The position numbers were made by a program, and so were the translations under genes. A stretch of 63,307 nucleotides of DNA, filler included, from Alcyonidium flabelliforme (Eukaryota), in NCBI GenBank assembly GCA_026167845.1. It is 46 parts of 46 records of this genome, joined end to end, with 100 filler letters (N's around TTAATTAATTAA, not from the genome) between each part and the next. Parts side by side here need not be neighbours in the genome. Positions count along the whole stretch, not along the records: positions 10,129 to 11,458 come from JAOQFJ010000173.1; positions 11,559 to 12,886 come from JAOQFJ010000174.1; positions 12,987 to 14,310 come from JAOQFJ010000175.1; positions 14,411 to 15,733 come from JAOQFJ010000176.1; positions 15,834 to 17,154 come from JAOQFJ010000177.1; positions 17,255 to 18,574 come from JAOQFJ010000178.1; positions 18,675 to 19,988 come from JAOQFJ010000179.1; positions 20,089 to 21,402 come from JAOQFJ010000180.1; 38 more parts are not named here. The stretch is one strand, 5' to 3'. Positions 11,311-21,402 of this stretch are shown piece after piece; the first letter of the stretch is position 1, and every line of letters starts with the position of its first letter. A model generated the notes under the pieces. The model worked only from the letters and a program-made list of their open reading frames with translations, ran no database searches and was not told the DNA's origin.

Positions 11311-11558
11311 TAAAACCGGGGGGGGGGGCACAAATGCTGGGTCCACATGCGCGAACGAAAAATCGCGTGAAAAGGGTAAAAAAAATTATGAAACACTATT
11401 TATACTTGTTCTTGGTACCAGTTTCCATGGAACATATGAGTACGTGCTTTTATATTCANNNNNNNNNNNNNNNNNNNNNNNNNNNNNNNNNNNNNNNNNN
11501 NNTTAATTAATTAANNNNNNNNNNNNNNNNNNNNNNNNNNNNNNNNNNNNNNNNNNNN

Positions 11559-12580
11559 TGTTGCTCTGATATCCTCATCTGGTGTTCCTCTTTCAGCTTT
11601 CTTAGCCATTGGGCATCTCTATTGTGAGTTGCTTCCTTCTCCCAGATGTCCTTCCAGAACTGTTCAGTCTCTTTTTTCGGAGGATTAGGTTGCTGCTCGA
11701 CATGTTGATCTCCTCTTAGCTTGGCATAGACTCTAGATGCATCTGTGGAGAATAGTTGATTGATTCTCCGGGCATCTGCTTCCTTGGTATATCTCTTGAG
11801 TCTGGCTGATAGTGCAGTCAATTGTTGCTTTGCTGTTTCCAGAGCCTCTTGTACCGTTGCGTCCTTGTATTTCTTCTTGAGTCTTTCTCCATCCTTAATG
11901 GTTGTACCTCTGGCCATTTCGCTGGGCTTGCTGACTTCAGCTCTCTGCTGCTTGATCTGCTTTTCCAGTCTTATCTGCCAGGCCGGCTGTGATCTTCCTC
12001 GATGATTAGTCATCTTTACTCCCAGTCTGTTCAGCAGAGTTGCAGCTGTAGCATACATCAAGGCATTAGTCTCTGTGATGTCTCTTGTAGGTATCGTCTC
12101 TAGTGCCAGGTTCGTATGGTTCAGTAGTCCATCAGGGATTTCACATCTGAGCTTGGGCAGGCATTGCCTGTTACCTAGCTCAGTCCGTAGACGTTCCAAG
12201 ATCAGTCGCTGGAGTTCCTCTGCTTCCTCGGTCAGTTCCCCTCTATCGGTTGGTGTCTCATCAGAGGCATTCCCAAGCAGGGACTCCGCTGGTGGGACAT
12301 CAGTCGCAGTAGCCACTGCAGGCGAGGAATCAGGGAGTGTAGGTCTTCTGAGCTCTTCCAGCTCAAGTTCGGAGAGTAGTTGCTTCTTCATGATGCTGTA
12401 TCATTGGTTGTTCAGCTGTTTCATCGTCAGAGATGACGTGGGTCTTCCTGCTTTCCATAAGCCTTCCATTCTCCTCATGAATCCATGTTCTTGGGGTCTG
12501 CTGTTGTAGTAGCAGCCCATTAGCTGTTTGTTGTCCTCTCTCGTCCATTGAGTACGTGTTCCGTTGGTCCCGTAGCCCAT
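11559..12580 (-). mobile_element. R4/Dong-clade non-LTR retrotransposon ORF, N-terminal region (in-frame TGA at 12401-12403)
   Basis: WTREDNKQLMGCYYNSRP..GFMRRMEGLW (Myb-like), WQIRLEKQI, LSARLKRY..RINQLF, FWKDIWE..HN..AQWL. Confidence 0.8.
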
Positions 12581-12986
12581 TTGACACTACTGCACCGGGA
12601 CCGATGCAGGCGGCGCGGACCTTATTATTCTGGGCGACGTCCGATCCAGTATAGATTCTGTATTGTGCTCACTCATAGTGGTTTTTGTTGGACACTACTA
12701 CGTTATCGCCTTGTCCAGGGGCAATACAGCAATGTCAGTATGTGGTCACAACCTCTTTCCCTCGGTCACCCGTTTGCTAACTGGCCGAGTGTGACGTTAT
12801 GCAACACAGTTGATTATGTCAAGGTGTTAACCACTACCCCATCCTGTCGTACTCCCAAGCGGAGTCCCTGCTTGGGAACGCCTCTGNNNNNNNNNNNNNN
12901 NNNNNNNNNNNNNNNNNNNNNNNNNNNNNNTTAATTAATTAANNNNNNNNNNNNNNNNNNNNNNNNNNNNNNNNNNNNNNNNNNNN

Positions 12987-14310
12987 AATCTAAAGGTACA
13001 GGCCAATTGCTACTGTCAATTGAAATGGGGGATAAGCTTGGATTTTCGTAAAAAGCTATACCTAAATCGTAATAACCTATTATTATTTTTGACAACTCCT
13101 CAGACGGCAAGTAAGGAAAGTAGGCTCTTGATACGACTTCTCCTGTTTGTTTAGCGATTGTGTAATATCTAATATCACTTTTAAAGCTCAAGTGTGTTTC
13201 GGACTCTGTAAAAGCAAAATCATACGAATTAGAAAAAGTCACTTCTGCAACGCTAGTTTGCCAAATTACACTGGTTGAACCTGTATTGCGTTTAACAATA
13301 AATGTCTCGTTGTTAATTTGAGTTAATGAATACTCAATTTGATTTTCATTATCTTGCGTTAACAGCATCTCTCCAGTGAAAGTAACAGGTGCATTATTGT
13401 GCGTTACCTTAGCCGAACGGCCAAAATCTGAAATGCTAACCGTATCATCAACAGCACCAACAATATGAAGATTAGGAAGTTGACCTTGAGCCACTGATGA
13501 ATACTCAAGCTGCCATAGCCCATTCTCATAGCTAAAGCTTTGCATCGCATATTCTTCGTATAAATAACTTCCTTCTAAACTATCTGTTTTGCTTACTAAT
13601 AATGACTGTATTCCATCATTATCAAAATCAACAGCACCTATTACTCTCCCAATGGGGTTTTCAGCAATAGATACAGAGAACAATTGCCACTGCTGATCAA
13701 AGTAATAAAGCTCTTTTGAATTAGAAAAATAAACATGACTATAAGGACTATCTACTTCAAGGCTAATCGAAATACCATCATTGAAATTAGTCTCAAACTT
13801 TTCACTACCCACCTGCAGTTCACCACCTTCCCCCCATATTAGTTCACTATCATGTTCGGAGGCCTTCTACCTAGTTACACGACAATTATCACCACTGGTA
13901 AATGCCTTAAATTTATATTCAGAATAGGGTCCTATCAGGTATTTGTTCTGTTTGACATCAAATATACTTTCCCTATCAATTAACTCTTTAAAGCCGTCGT
14001 TATTCAAATCACAAACTTGAATCAAGCGATTTGAATAATTAAGTGAAAGGTCCGGCGCAACAATAAGCGTAGTGATAGAAAGATCATTTCCATTAATAAG
14101 ATAGCTATCATACGAATGCCCCGCCGAAAGAAGAATATCTTCAATACCATCGCCGTTGTAATCAAATACCATAGAGTTATAATTTTCAGCCGAAACATCA
14201 TCTATCAGCAAACTACTTGAGCCCTCATTAGTTAAAAATATTTGATGCTTAGCTGCCTCTTGGTTGTAAGTAATACTTAGCCAATTTAGTTGCGTCCCTG
14301 ACTGATTAAG
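12987..14310 (-). pseudogene. Large bacterial FG-GAP/VCBS-repeat surface protein fragment with an in-frame TAG at 13867-13869
   Basis: DYNGDGIEDILL, DLNNDGFKELI and DFDNDGIQSLL Ca-binding repeats; the two track ORFs share a frame. Confidence 0.7.
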
Positions 14311-14410
14311 NNNNNNNNNNNNNNNNNNNNNNNNNNNNNNNNNNNNNNNNNNNNTTAATTAATTAANNNNNNNNNNNNNNNNNNNNNNNNNNNNNNNNNN
14401 NNNNNNNNNN

Positions 14411-15471
14411 GACTCGTCAGGTCTGCTGCGCGGAATTGCTCACAGGTAACCCACCCTTGACCTACTTGGGCAATCAAGACTCTAACTAAACTTATGATTG
14501 CGACAGTATGTACCATGACGAAAACTCATCCAGTGGGAGCACAACCTACCCACTCGTGGGGGTCCCAATAGACTACCCGTATGGGCTAACACCCGCTCCG
14601 TTGATGGACTCGGCTCCTGCAGTAGACCAAGCGAGTGATGTTTGTTGGAGCTTTGAGCAAGCACAAAACTGGACGATAACACGTGCGTCGCCAACAGTCA
14701 CACTGTCTCCCCTCCCTATTTCGAGATATCGAGAGATAAGACCTCGACCGCTGCACGAATCAGCGTCCACTTTGCCTCCGGTGCAGCCTGGCAAAGAAGA
14801 ACAGCACAGCCAGTACCGGAAATTGGGGAGAAGAAAACACTCGAAGGGCCACAGACAGTTACATCAAGGACGCCTCAAGAAGACAGCCAGAATGAGGTAT
14901 GTACGGCTGGAGTCTCTAACTGATTTCCCGGGAAGATGGCTAAGTCGCCTATTACAGCAGAGCGAAACCCCCGAAAGCTCCGGGGGGAGATTCAGCCACA
15001 CAAGGCCCACGCCCTTGGTCGCCTGATTGCTCTTCAAATCATCCGGAGGATAGTTCTCAAGCTTCAGTAGGGGCTCTTCAGAGAGCCTTGAAGGCCCAGG
15101 TATTACAATCACTCGAGGTTTTGCGTGAGATCGCCAAGAAGTTCCGCGCCTTCAACTTGGGGCTTGAGACGATTGATGACTGGGTGGCAGAGATCAAGGA
15201 AGTTGACGAAACATTGATCCCCGTCCCATCAAGCAGCGCGGTCCAGTTACTTGTTCCTTTCGAAAAGCTAAACTTTATCCTCACGAAATGTATTACAGCT
15301 TCAGGACCCATGCGGGATTTTATTGTCAGGGACCAGGCACTGGAGCTGTTGAAATATATACAGACCTATGCGGAGGAGTATCACCTGTTTAAAAACCAGC
15401 GGGCCCATCTTGACATTGGTAGGTATATAGAAAGACTCAACCAAGGCAAAGATATTGAGATGGGCAAATGA
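14411..15471 (+). other. Fungal intron-containing gene fragment, function unknown
   Basis: Short fungal-type intron GTAACC..CTAAC..CAG at 14446-14506; second GTATGT..CTAAC near 14897; flanking open frames. Confidence 0.45.
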
Positions 15472-15835
15472 TGTTGTTCTCCCGGGAGGTCGCGCATAGT
15501 CCTTTGCTGTATACCAGTCATTTTCTGCCTAATTTGCTTCAAAATTGAGAAGATCTCTCTGGAGTGTTCATTGCATGTCACATACTGAAGATGCTTAATG
15601 CCGTTCTGTCAGTAATGAAGACTCTACCGCAGCCATTCTGCTGTTCCAGACCTTCCCACCACCTGCCTTTTGATGTACAGGATGCATATCGCGCAGTCCA
15701 ATAACTCTAGGCCCAGGAGCATGCTTGTATATANNNNNNNNNNNNNNNNNNNNNNNNNNNNNNNNNNNNNNNNNNNNTTAATTAATTAANNNNNNNNNNN
15801 NNNNNNNNNNNNNNNNNNNNNNNNNNNNNNNNNCT

Positions 15836-15982
15836 CAGCACAAACGGCACTTGGAGCAGTTAATCGCGAGCAACACACCGTTGAACAAAAGAAGAAAGAT
15901 CCTGCAGAAAGGAGGTTTTATTGGAGCACTGCTTGGACCCATCATCTCTATCCTTGGAGGTCTCTTCAATCCCAAGAAATAA
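15836..15982 (+). CDS. Polinton/adintovirus small virion protein C-terminus (QKGG-FIGALL amphipathic tail)
   Basis: Not in the ORF track; KRRKILQKGGFIGALLGPIISILGGLFNPKK, on the same fragment as a Polinton integrase start. Confidence 0.75.
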   Translation, partial: QHKRHLEQLIASNTPLNKRRKILQKGGFIGALLGPIISILGGLFNPKK

Positions 15983-15984
15983 CA

Positions 15985-16534
15985 ATGAAGTTTTCAAAAA
16001 AGTATTACCTTGTTAATGAAGAACAGTATGAAAGGGAACAAAAAAACAGTCCATTGACAGAAACAAAGGTTGCTACACAAAAATACAAACGATACAATCC
16101 ACTACAACCCAACAGTGAGAGAATAGTAAAGAAGGGGCTGAACGAAATGAGGAAGGTATTGAATGATTCAGACACGAGCGATCTAGATAAAGTAATAAGT
16201 CATTCACAGATGATAAGTCGGTATCTCAAAGCATTCTAAACACAAAACCTAGCGGGCAATACCACTGCGTCGGGTTCAACCAACAACTCTTTCTGAAAAC
16301 AAGTCGGTTCTGGAAGGGATGATACCTATTGATATAGTAGCTCCACAGATAAAACGTCCTATGACTTATGGTTTTGATGCCCAAAGAACCAAAATCCCAT
16401 AAAAAGTAAAAAAACTTAAAGGAGTATCAAAAGACAAAGAGGATGATGATGTGGATTTGAGGGTATCAGCACTATCACGACCTAAACACAAACCAAAGAA
16501 ACCAGAACTTTTGGGTTCGTGGGTTACCAGGTAA
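15985..16534 (+). pseudogene. Polinton accessory gene, degraded
   Basis: MKFSKKYYLV..MRKVLNDSDTSDLDKVISHSQMISRYL; downstream sequence looks coding but is frame-disrupted. Confidence 0.45.
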
Positions 16535-16656
16535 GAACAGTCACCACCTTATTGCTTACTGATACCGACGACAAAGAGGAAAGTTATATAAAAGTTTGTG
16601 TTACCTAAACAAATTCCAGTTGCTAGAGATATACGTGAGAGAAACGTACACTGACA

Positions 16657-16872
16657 ATGACAGTCCCATACGATGCTCGTGAGTCGGCAAAATTTTACAC
16701 TAATTATTATATGATGCAAAACAAAAGCAATACCTCGGCTTTTGATGGTAAAGGAAAAACTATGACTGGTGGGCGACGTGGATATTGGATTGACGGTCTT
16801 ATGTCGCTTAGAACTAGTCTCGATAGACAGACCAGAGCTAATTATGTAAAGGCTGGGGTGTTAAAGGCATAA
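16657..16872 (+). CDS. Polinton small protein
   Basis: TATATAAA upstream; VPY...FYTNYY..Q pattern; located between Polinton genes. Confidence 0.45.
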   Translation: MTVPYDARESAKFYTNYYMMQNKSNTSAFDGKGKTMTGGRRGYWIDGLMSLRTSLDRQTRANYVKAGVLKA

Positions 16873-16988
16873 AAACAAATACCACACAAGGTTTATTTTA
16901 TATTCAACACAAAACTCTCGGATAAACGTTCTGGATAAAAGGTGTACCACTCTCTCTCTCTATATAAAAAAAACACAATCTGAACCTG

Positions 16989-17154
16989 ATGGATACTGAG
17001 CATCGCCTCACAGAGCTCTACCTTAAACCCGCAAAGCCTTCAGCGTTGGGGGGTTCTTCTAAACTGTTGTCTGCCGCAAAACCCATCAGCAGAGATGTCG
17101 TTCTAGACTGGCTCTCTGGACAAAACGCTTACACACTCCACAAACGTGTACCAA
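16989..17154 (+). CDS. Polinton/Maverick retroviral-like integrase, N-terminus (3' truncated)
   Basis: LYLKPAKPSALGG..KL...VLDWLSGQNAYTLHK; TATATAAA upstream. Confidence 0.85.
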
Positions 17155-17254
17155 NNNNNNNNNNNNNNNNNNNNNNNNNNNNNNNNNNNNNNNNNNNNTT
17201 AATTAATTAANNNNNNNNNNNNNNNNNNNNNNNNNNNNNNNNNNNNNNNNNNNN

Positions 17255-18316
17255 AATTGAGGAGGCTTTTTATCTTTGGTAGTAAATTTCTGTGATCTAT
17301 TATGTTCACTTTTATGCAATTGGTGCTATTTAGCTTTGGTTGGCGTGTCGCTTTTATTTGTTTATGGGTTATCATGAACAAATTTGGATTGATCAATTTT
17401 CATCCACTGACCTTCTGTTCTATCCTAGCTACGTTGACGACATATTTCGTGTCTTTCAACATGAAACTAGTGCTGAGCGATTCTTTCAATCTATCAACAA
17501 GCGTCATGTTAACATAGGATTTACCATGGAGAAAGAAATACTCTCATCTATCCCGTTTTTAGATGTTCTAATCACTAGAGACGATAACAGGTTACTGACT
17601 AATGTGTATCGTAAGAAATCTTACACAGGTCTATTGACTAATTTTTTCAGTTTTACGGCTCAATCATATAAAGTTGGACTTATACGTTGCCTGATAGACA
17701 GAGCTTTTAAAATCTGTAGTACCTGGAATGATTTCAAACACCAAATTTCTGAAATTTCAGTAATTCTACAAAAAAATCAATTTCCCTGTACTCTGGTTGA
17801 GAAATTTGTGTCTGACTATCTTTCAAGAATTGTACAGTTGGATACGATTGATAATGTTATATCTCCCATTAAATATTTTAGTGTTCCTTTTATTGGTCAC
17901 TTTTCTATTGTCGCTCAAAAACGTCTTGGCAAAATTGTTAAACGTTATTGTTATGACCTTGATATTCGTTTGGCCTTTTCCAGCTTCAAGGTGGGACACA
18001 TGTTTTCAGCTAAAGATCGATTGCCTTTGTTCTCACGTTCACATGTTGTGTATAAATTTTGTTGTGCAGGCTGTGGTGCCTGTTATATCGGCGAAACTCG
18101 TCGACACCTGAATACACGCATATCTGAACATGTACATAACAAAGGGTCTAATATACACAAGCACTTACAGGATTCTCCTAATTGTAAAGAGAAATTTTCT
18201 GTCGGTGATTTTTGTATCTTGACACCCAATTGAAGCTGAAGGAAGCTCTACATATTTATTGGTGTAAACCGAGTCTTAATGTACAAGTCCATCACTTGGA
18301 ATTAAGTCTATTTTGA
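17255..18316 (+). mobile_element. Penelope-like element: RT C-terminal part plus GIY-YIG endonuclease (frameshift near 18225)
   Basis: YVDD, IPFLDV, VYRKKSYTG, VVYKFCCAGCGACYIGETRRHLNTRISEH; continuation LKEALHIYWCKPSLN in another frame. Confidence 0.92.
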
Positions 18317-18420
18317 TTGGCTTGTTTTCACCATGTTATCTGGGGTAATTTCTACCACTATACTTGTGCCTGTATATGTCCTCTATTGTTATGTAATTGT
18401 TTATACATACGGGTCACTAC

Positions 18421-18460
18421 TCATTTGAAAATGGACGATGCTGTTTGAAACTAGTCATGA
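18421..18460 (+). ncRNA. Minimal type I hammerhead ribozyme (U3-A8 core variant) at the Penelope 3' end
   Basis: TCAT-TTGAAAA-T-GGAC-gatgct-GTTT-GAAA-CTAG-TC-ATGA: stem I, core, stem II, palindromic stem III and GUC cleavage triplet. Confidence 0.7.
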
Positions 18461-18674
18461 ATCTCCTGAATATAACCCTGTTTTTTATAAATAAAATGGT
18501 GTTAACAATCCTGAGCTTTTGAATTTTAATCTTCATTTCAAAGGTCAGGTTGCAAAATCGAATGAACATAAACANNNNNNNNNNNNNNNNNNNNNNNNNN
18601 NNNNNNNNNNNNNNNNNNTTAATTAATTAANNNNNNNNNNNNNNNNNNNNNNNNNNNNNNNNNNNNNNNNNNNN

Positions 18675-18883
18675 TCCTTCAATCGCGCAATATTGACCGT
18701 CTTGTGCGCGAGTTCGATTTTAAGTTGATCGATTTCGCCCACCATGTGCCAGCACAGATTAAACACACCTTCCGTGTTGTCGATGATATCGGCATCGCAG
18801 CCTTGGCGACGAAAGTGCTGCAAATAAGCCTGGGTGTCGGCAAAATCAATGTCCCTGGTCATGGTGCTGGCTCCGGGGCTCAT
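18675..18883 (-). CDS. Probable transposase N-terminus (IS66 TnpC-like; 3' truncated)
   Basis: ATGA overlap with the DUF4338 gene; coiled-coil ending LAHKTVNIARLK. Confidence 0.45.
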
Positions 18884-19755
18884 GCCAACAACCGCTGTCG
18901 GTAATCGCGCCGCAGTGGATAGAGATAAATATCCTTCACCGGTACCGACAGCTTATTGTAACGGTCATTGCGACTGCGCCCTTGGGTTTGACCGACCCGT
19001 TGCCAATTGGCGGCCTGGTAGCAGGTTCCTTGAAAACGATCGCGCTCGACAAAGGTCTCCAAGCAATGCACGGGGTGGCCGTAGCGCACTTGCCAATCGA
19101 CAACAATGCGCCGGGTCACCAGAGAGAGAACATGGCTGGCCAAGCACTTGACCTGCACCCAGGGCAAAATCAGAAACCGTGTGTTGTTGGTGGTCAAGTT
19201 GACATTGCGTTGGCGAATCTCGCGGTTCCAGCCGATATGGGCATCGCGATCCGCGGCGGCCCAGGCCGCGGAGCCAAACAACAGGCAGGCCCGAGGGCGA
19301 TCCTGGTTGTCCAACACAAGGTACTTCATATTCTCGCCAACGGTGCCGTTGTAGCTCAAGTAGTGATAGGTCGCGAGCAGGCAATTGGTGAGTGGCGCGT
19401 GTTCGCTGCGCGGCGTGACATTGACCACCTTCAGCGGTTGAAGTGCACGTAGTTGCGCCGCTATGGGTGAGCTGTCATGCAGAACGATTTGCTTCTGTCC
19501 CTGCGCAGTACGCTTGCCCTGAAGCCGGCGCGGTGGTGGCAGCACAATAGTGCCGCGTTCGTGCAGCTTCAGCATCATTGTACGGCTGGCCATATCCTTC
19601 AGATCACCCTTGGCGTTGCGCCAATCCCACGCCTCGGCCAATACGATCGACAGTTTGTTGCGGTGCCAGGTTGGGTTGTCCGCAATTAAACTGCGGATAA
19701 AATCGATATCGTCAGGGGAGAGCTCGCGCCCTTGGAGTTTGATGATGTTGTTCAT
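18880..19755 (-). CDS. DUF4338 (DruA-like) protein
   Basis: LATYHYLSY..VGENMKYLV, GSAAWAAADRDAHIGW, NNTRFLILPWVQVKCLASHVL, LETFVERDRFQGTCYQAANW..VGQTQGR. Confidence 0.9.
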   Translation of the reverse strand: MNNIIKLQGRELSPDDIDFIRSLIADNPTWHRNKLSIVLAEAWDWRNAKGDLKDMASRTMMLKLHERGTIVLPPPRRLQGKRTAQGQKQIVLHDSSPIAAQLRALQPLKVVNVTPRSEHAPLTNCLLATYHYLSYNGTVGENMKYLVLDNQDRPRACLLFGSAAWAAADRDAHIGWNREIRQRNVNLTTNNTRFLILPWVQVKCLASHVLSLVTRRIVVDWQVRYGHPVHCLETFVERDRFQGTCYQAANWQRVGQTQGRSRNDRYNKLSVPVKDIYLYPLRRDYRQRLLA

Positions 19756-20088
19756 GGTGCGCAGTGTGCCATGAACAAATTTACGAGTCCAGCTTTTTAT
19801 GATAATTATTTAGTGTCAAGGGTCCTTGCCGAAAGCTCACTTATGTGTCAGGTAAGAGCAGCTCTGAGTTAGCTGGGAGTGGAAGGTTCAGCAACGCGGT
19901 AGCCAGGTTCGGTTCCATCGTCGCAGTTCCGCTACTTGCTCTGGTAAAGATCGAACAACCTGGGTGTAGTTAATAAGTTCAGTAGTCGNNNNNNNNNNNN
20001 NNNNNNNNNNNNNNNNNNNNNNNNNNNNNNNNTTAATTAATTAANNNNNNNNNNNNNNNNNNNNNNNNNNNNNNNNNNNNNNNNNNNN

Positions 20089-21402
20089 CCTTGCAGCGGC
20101 CCCAGCGCAACTACTGTGTTACGCGTCAGGAGTTGCTGGCGGTAGTGCTATCCGTCAAGCACTACCGCCCTTACTTGTACGGTCGGCGGTTCCGGTTGCG
20201 CACCGATCATGCCTCGCTGGTGTGGCTGTGTCGTAAGGCGGAGCCATCTGCCCAGGTGGCGCGTTGGTTGGAGACGCTCGCTGAAGTCAAGTACTCAATC
20301 GAACATCGTGCCGGGGCGCGGCACGGAAATGCGGATGGTCTCAGCCGCCAGGAGCAGTGTGTGGGTTGCGTGCAGTGCGCGCGCATCGACGCCAGGGACG
20401 GCGGGCCTCCGCGGCGGGAGGTGGCGGACGAGCTCACCAGCCAGGAGGGTCCCTACGTATGGGAGGAGGGACAGCTCTCCGTGGAACCGGTGGTCGTGCC
20501 CCCGTTGTCGCCTACGTCGCAGGCTGGGGAGCTGGCAAAGGCTCAGCGGGAGAGTACGGGCCCGGTGGGGCTCGTATACGAGGCCGTGAGGCATGGGGCG
20601 GGTCTTTCCGCTGACCAGTTGCGTCTGGGAGGGCCGGAGCTCGCCGCTTTGCACAGGGCGAAGGGGGCCCTACGTGTCGACGCTGCAGGTGTGCTTCGTC
20701 TGGCCCGGGGAGAGGATCCTCGTAGGGACGTGGCGATCTGCCCCCCTGCCTACCGTACCGCGGTGATTACGGATAACCATGTGCAGTCGCACAGCGGGTG
20801 GAGGCGAACAGCCGCGCGGCTGAGTCTCTACTGGTACTGGCCTACCATGGTTCGTGACACCAGGCGGGTTTTGAGGAGCTGCGAGCATTGCCAGCTGGCC
20901 AAGCAAGGGAAGAAAGGACCTAGCATGAGTCAGCAGACCTTGGCGAGCGGTCGCCCCTGGCAAGTCGTGGCCTTGGATCTGGTTGGCCCAATGCAGATCT
21001 CTAAGCACGGGAACCGGTGGATACTGGTGCTGGCGGACCATTTTTCGCGCTGGGCGGAGGCGATCGCGATACCGGACGCCACGGCGCCGACGATAGCGGC
21101 AGTCCTGGACGAGCAGGTCTTCTGTCGCTTTGGTATCCCGGAACGGATTCACTCGGACCGCGGGCCTCAGTTTGAGAGTCGCCTCATGTCTGAGTTGTGC
21201 ACCATCTGGGGTATCGAGCATAGTCGCACGACACCGTACCATCCACAAGGGAATGGACGCGTCAAGCGAAACAACCGCACCTTGGGCGACGGGCTCAAGT
21301 CGCTGCTGCTCGATGGCACCCAGGACGAGTGGGACGAGGTTTTGCCCCACCTCATGAGGGCCTACCGCTCGATCCCTCATTCGGTGACGGGCGAGACGCC
21401 CA
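20089..21402 (+). mobile_element. Ty3/gypsy LTR retrotransposon pol fragment (RNase H, HHCC zinc finger, integrase)
   Basis: NYCVTRQELLAVV, TDHASL, HGNADGLSR, H..SH..YWP..CEHC, LDLVGP, HSDRGPQF, TTPYHPQGNG. Confidence 0.95.

Noticed and set aside
12580..12886. HDV-like ribozyme in the R4/Dong 5' region
   Set aside because: A hairpin (TCCCAAGC..GCTTGGGA) is visible, but I could not build the nested double pseudoknot by eye
13867..13869. In-frame TAG as stop-codon recoding or pyrrolysine
   Set aside because: A single occurrence in ~440 codons with no supporting machinery; nonsense mutation or base error is simpler
18880..19755. Complete Druantia system
   Set aside because: Only DUF4338 is present and the coupled downstream ORF does not resemble other Dru genes
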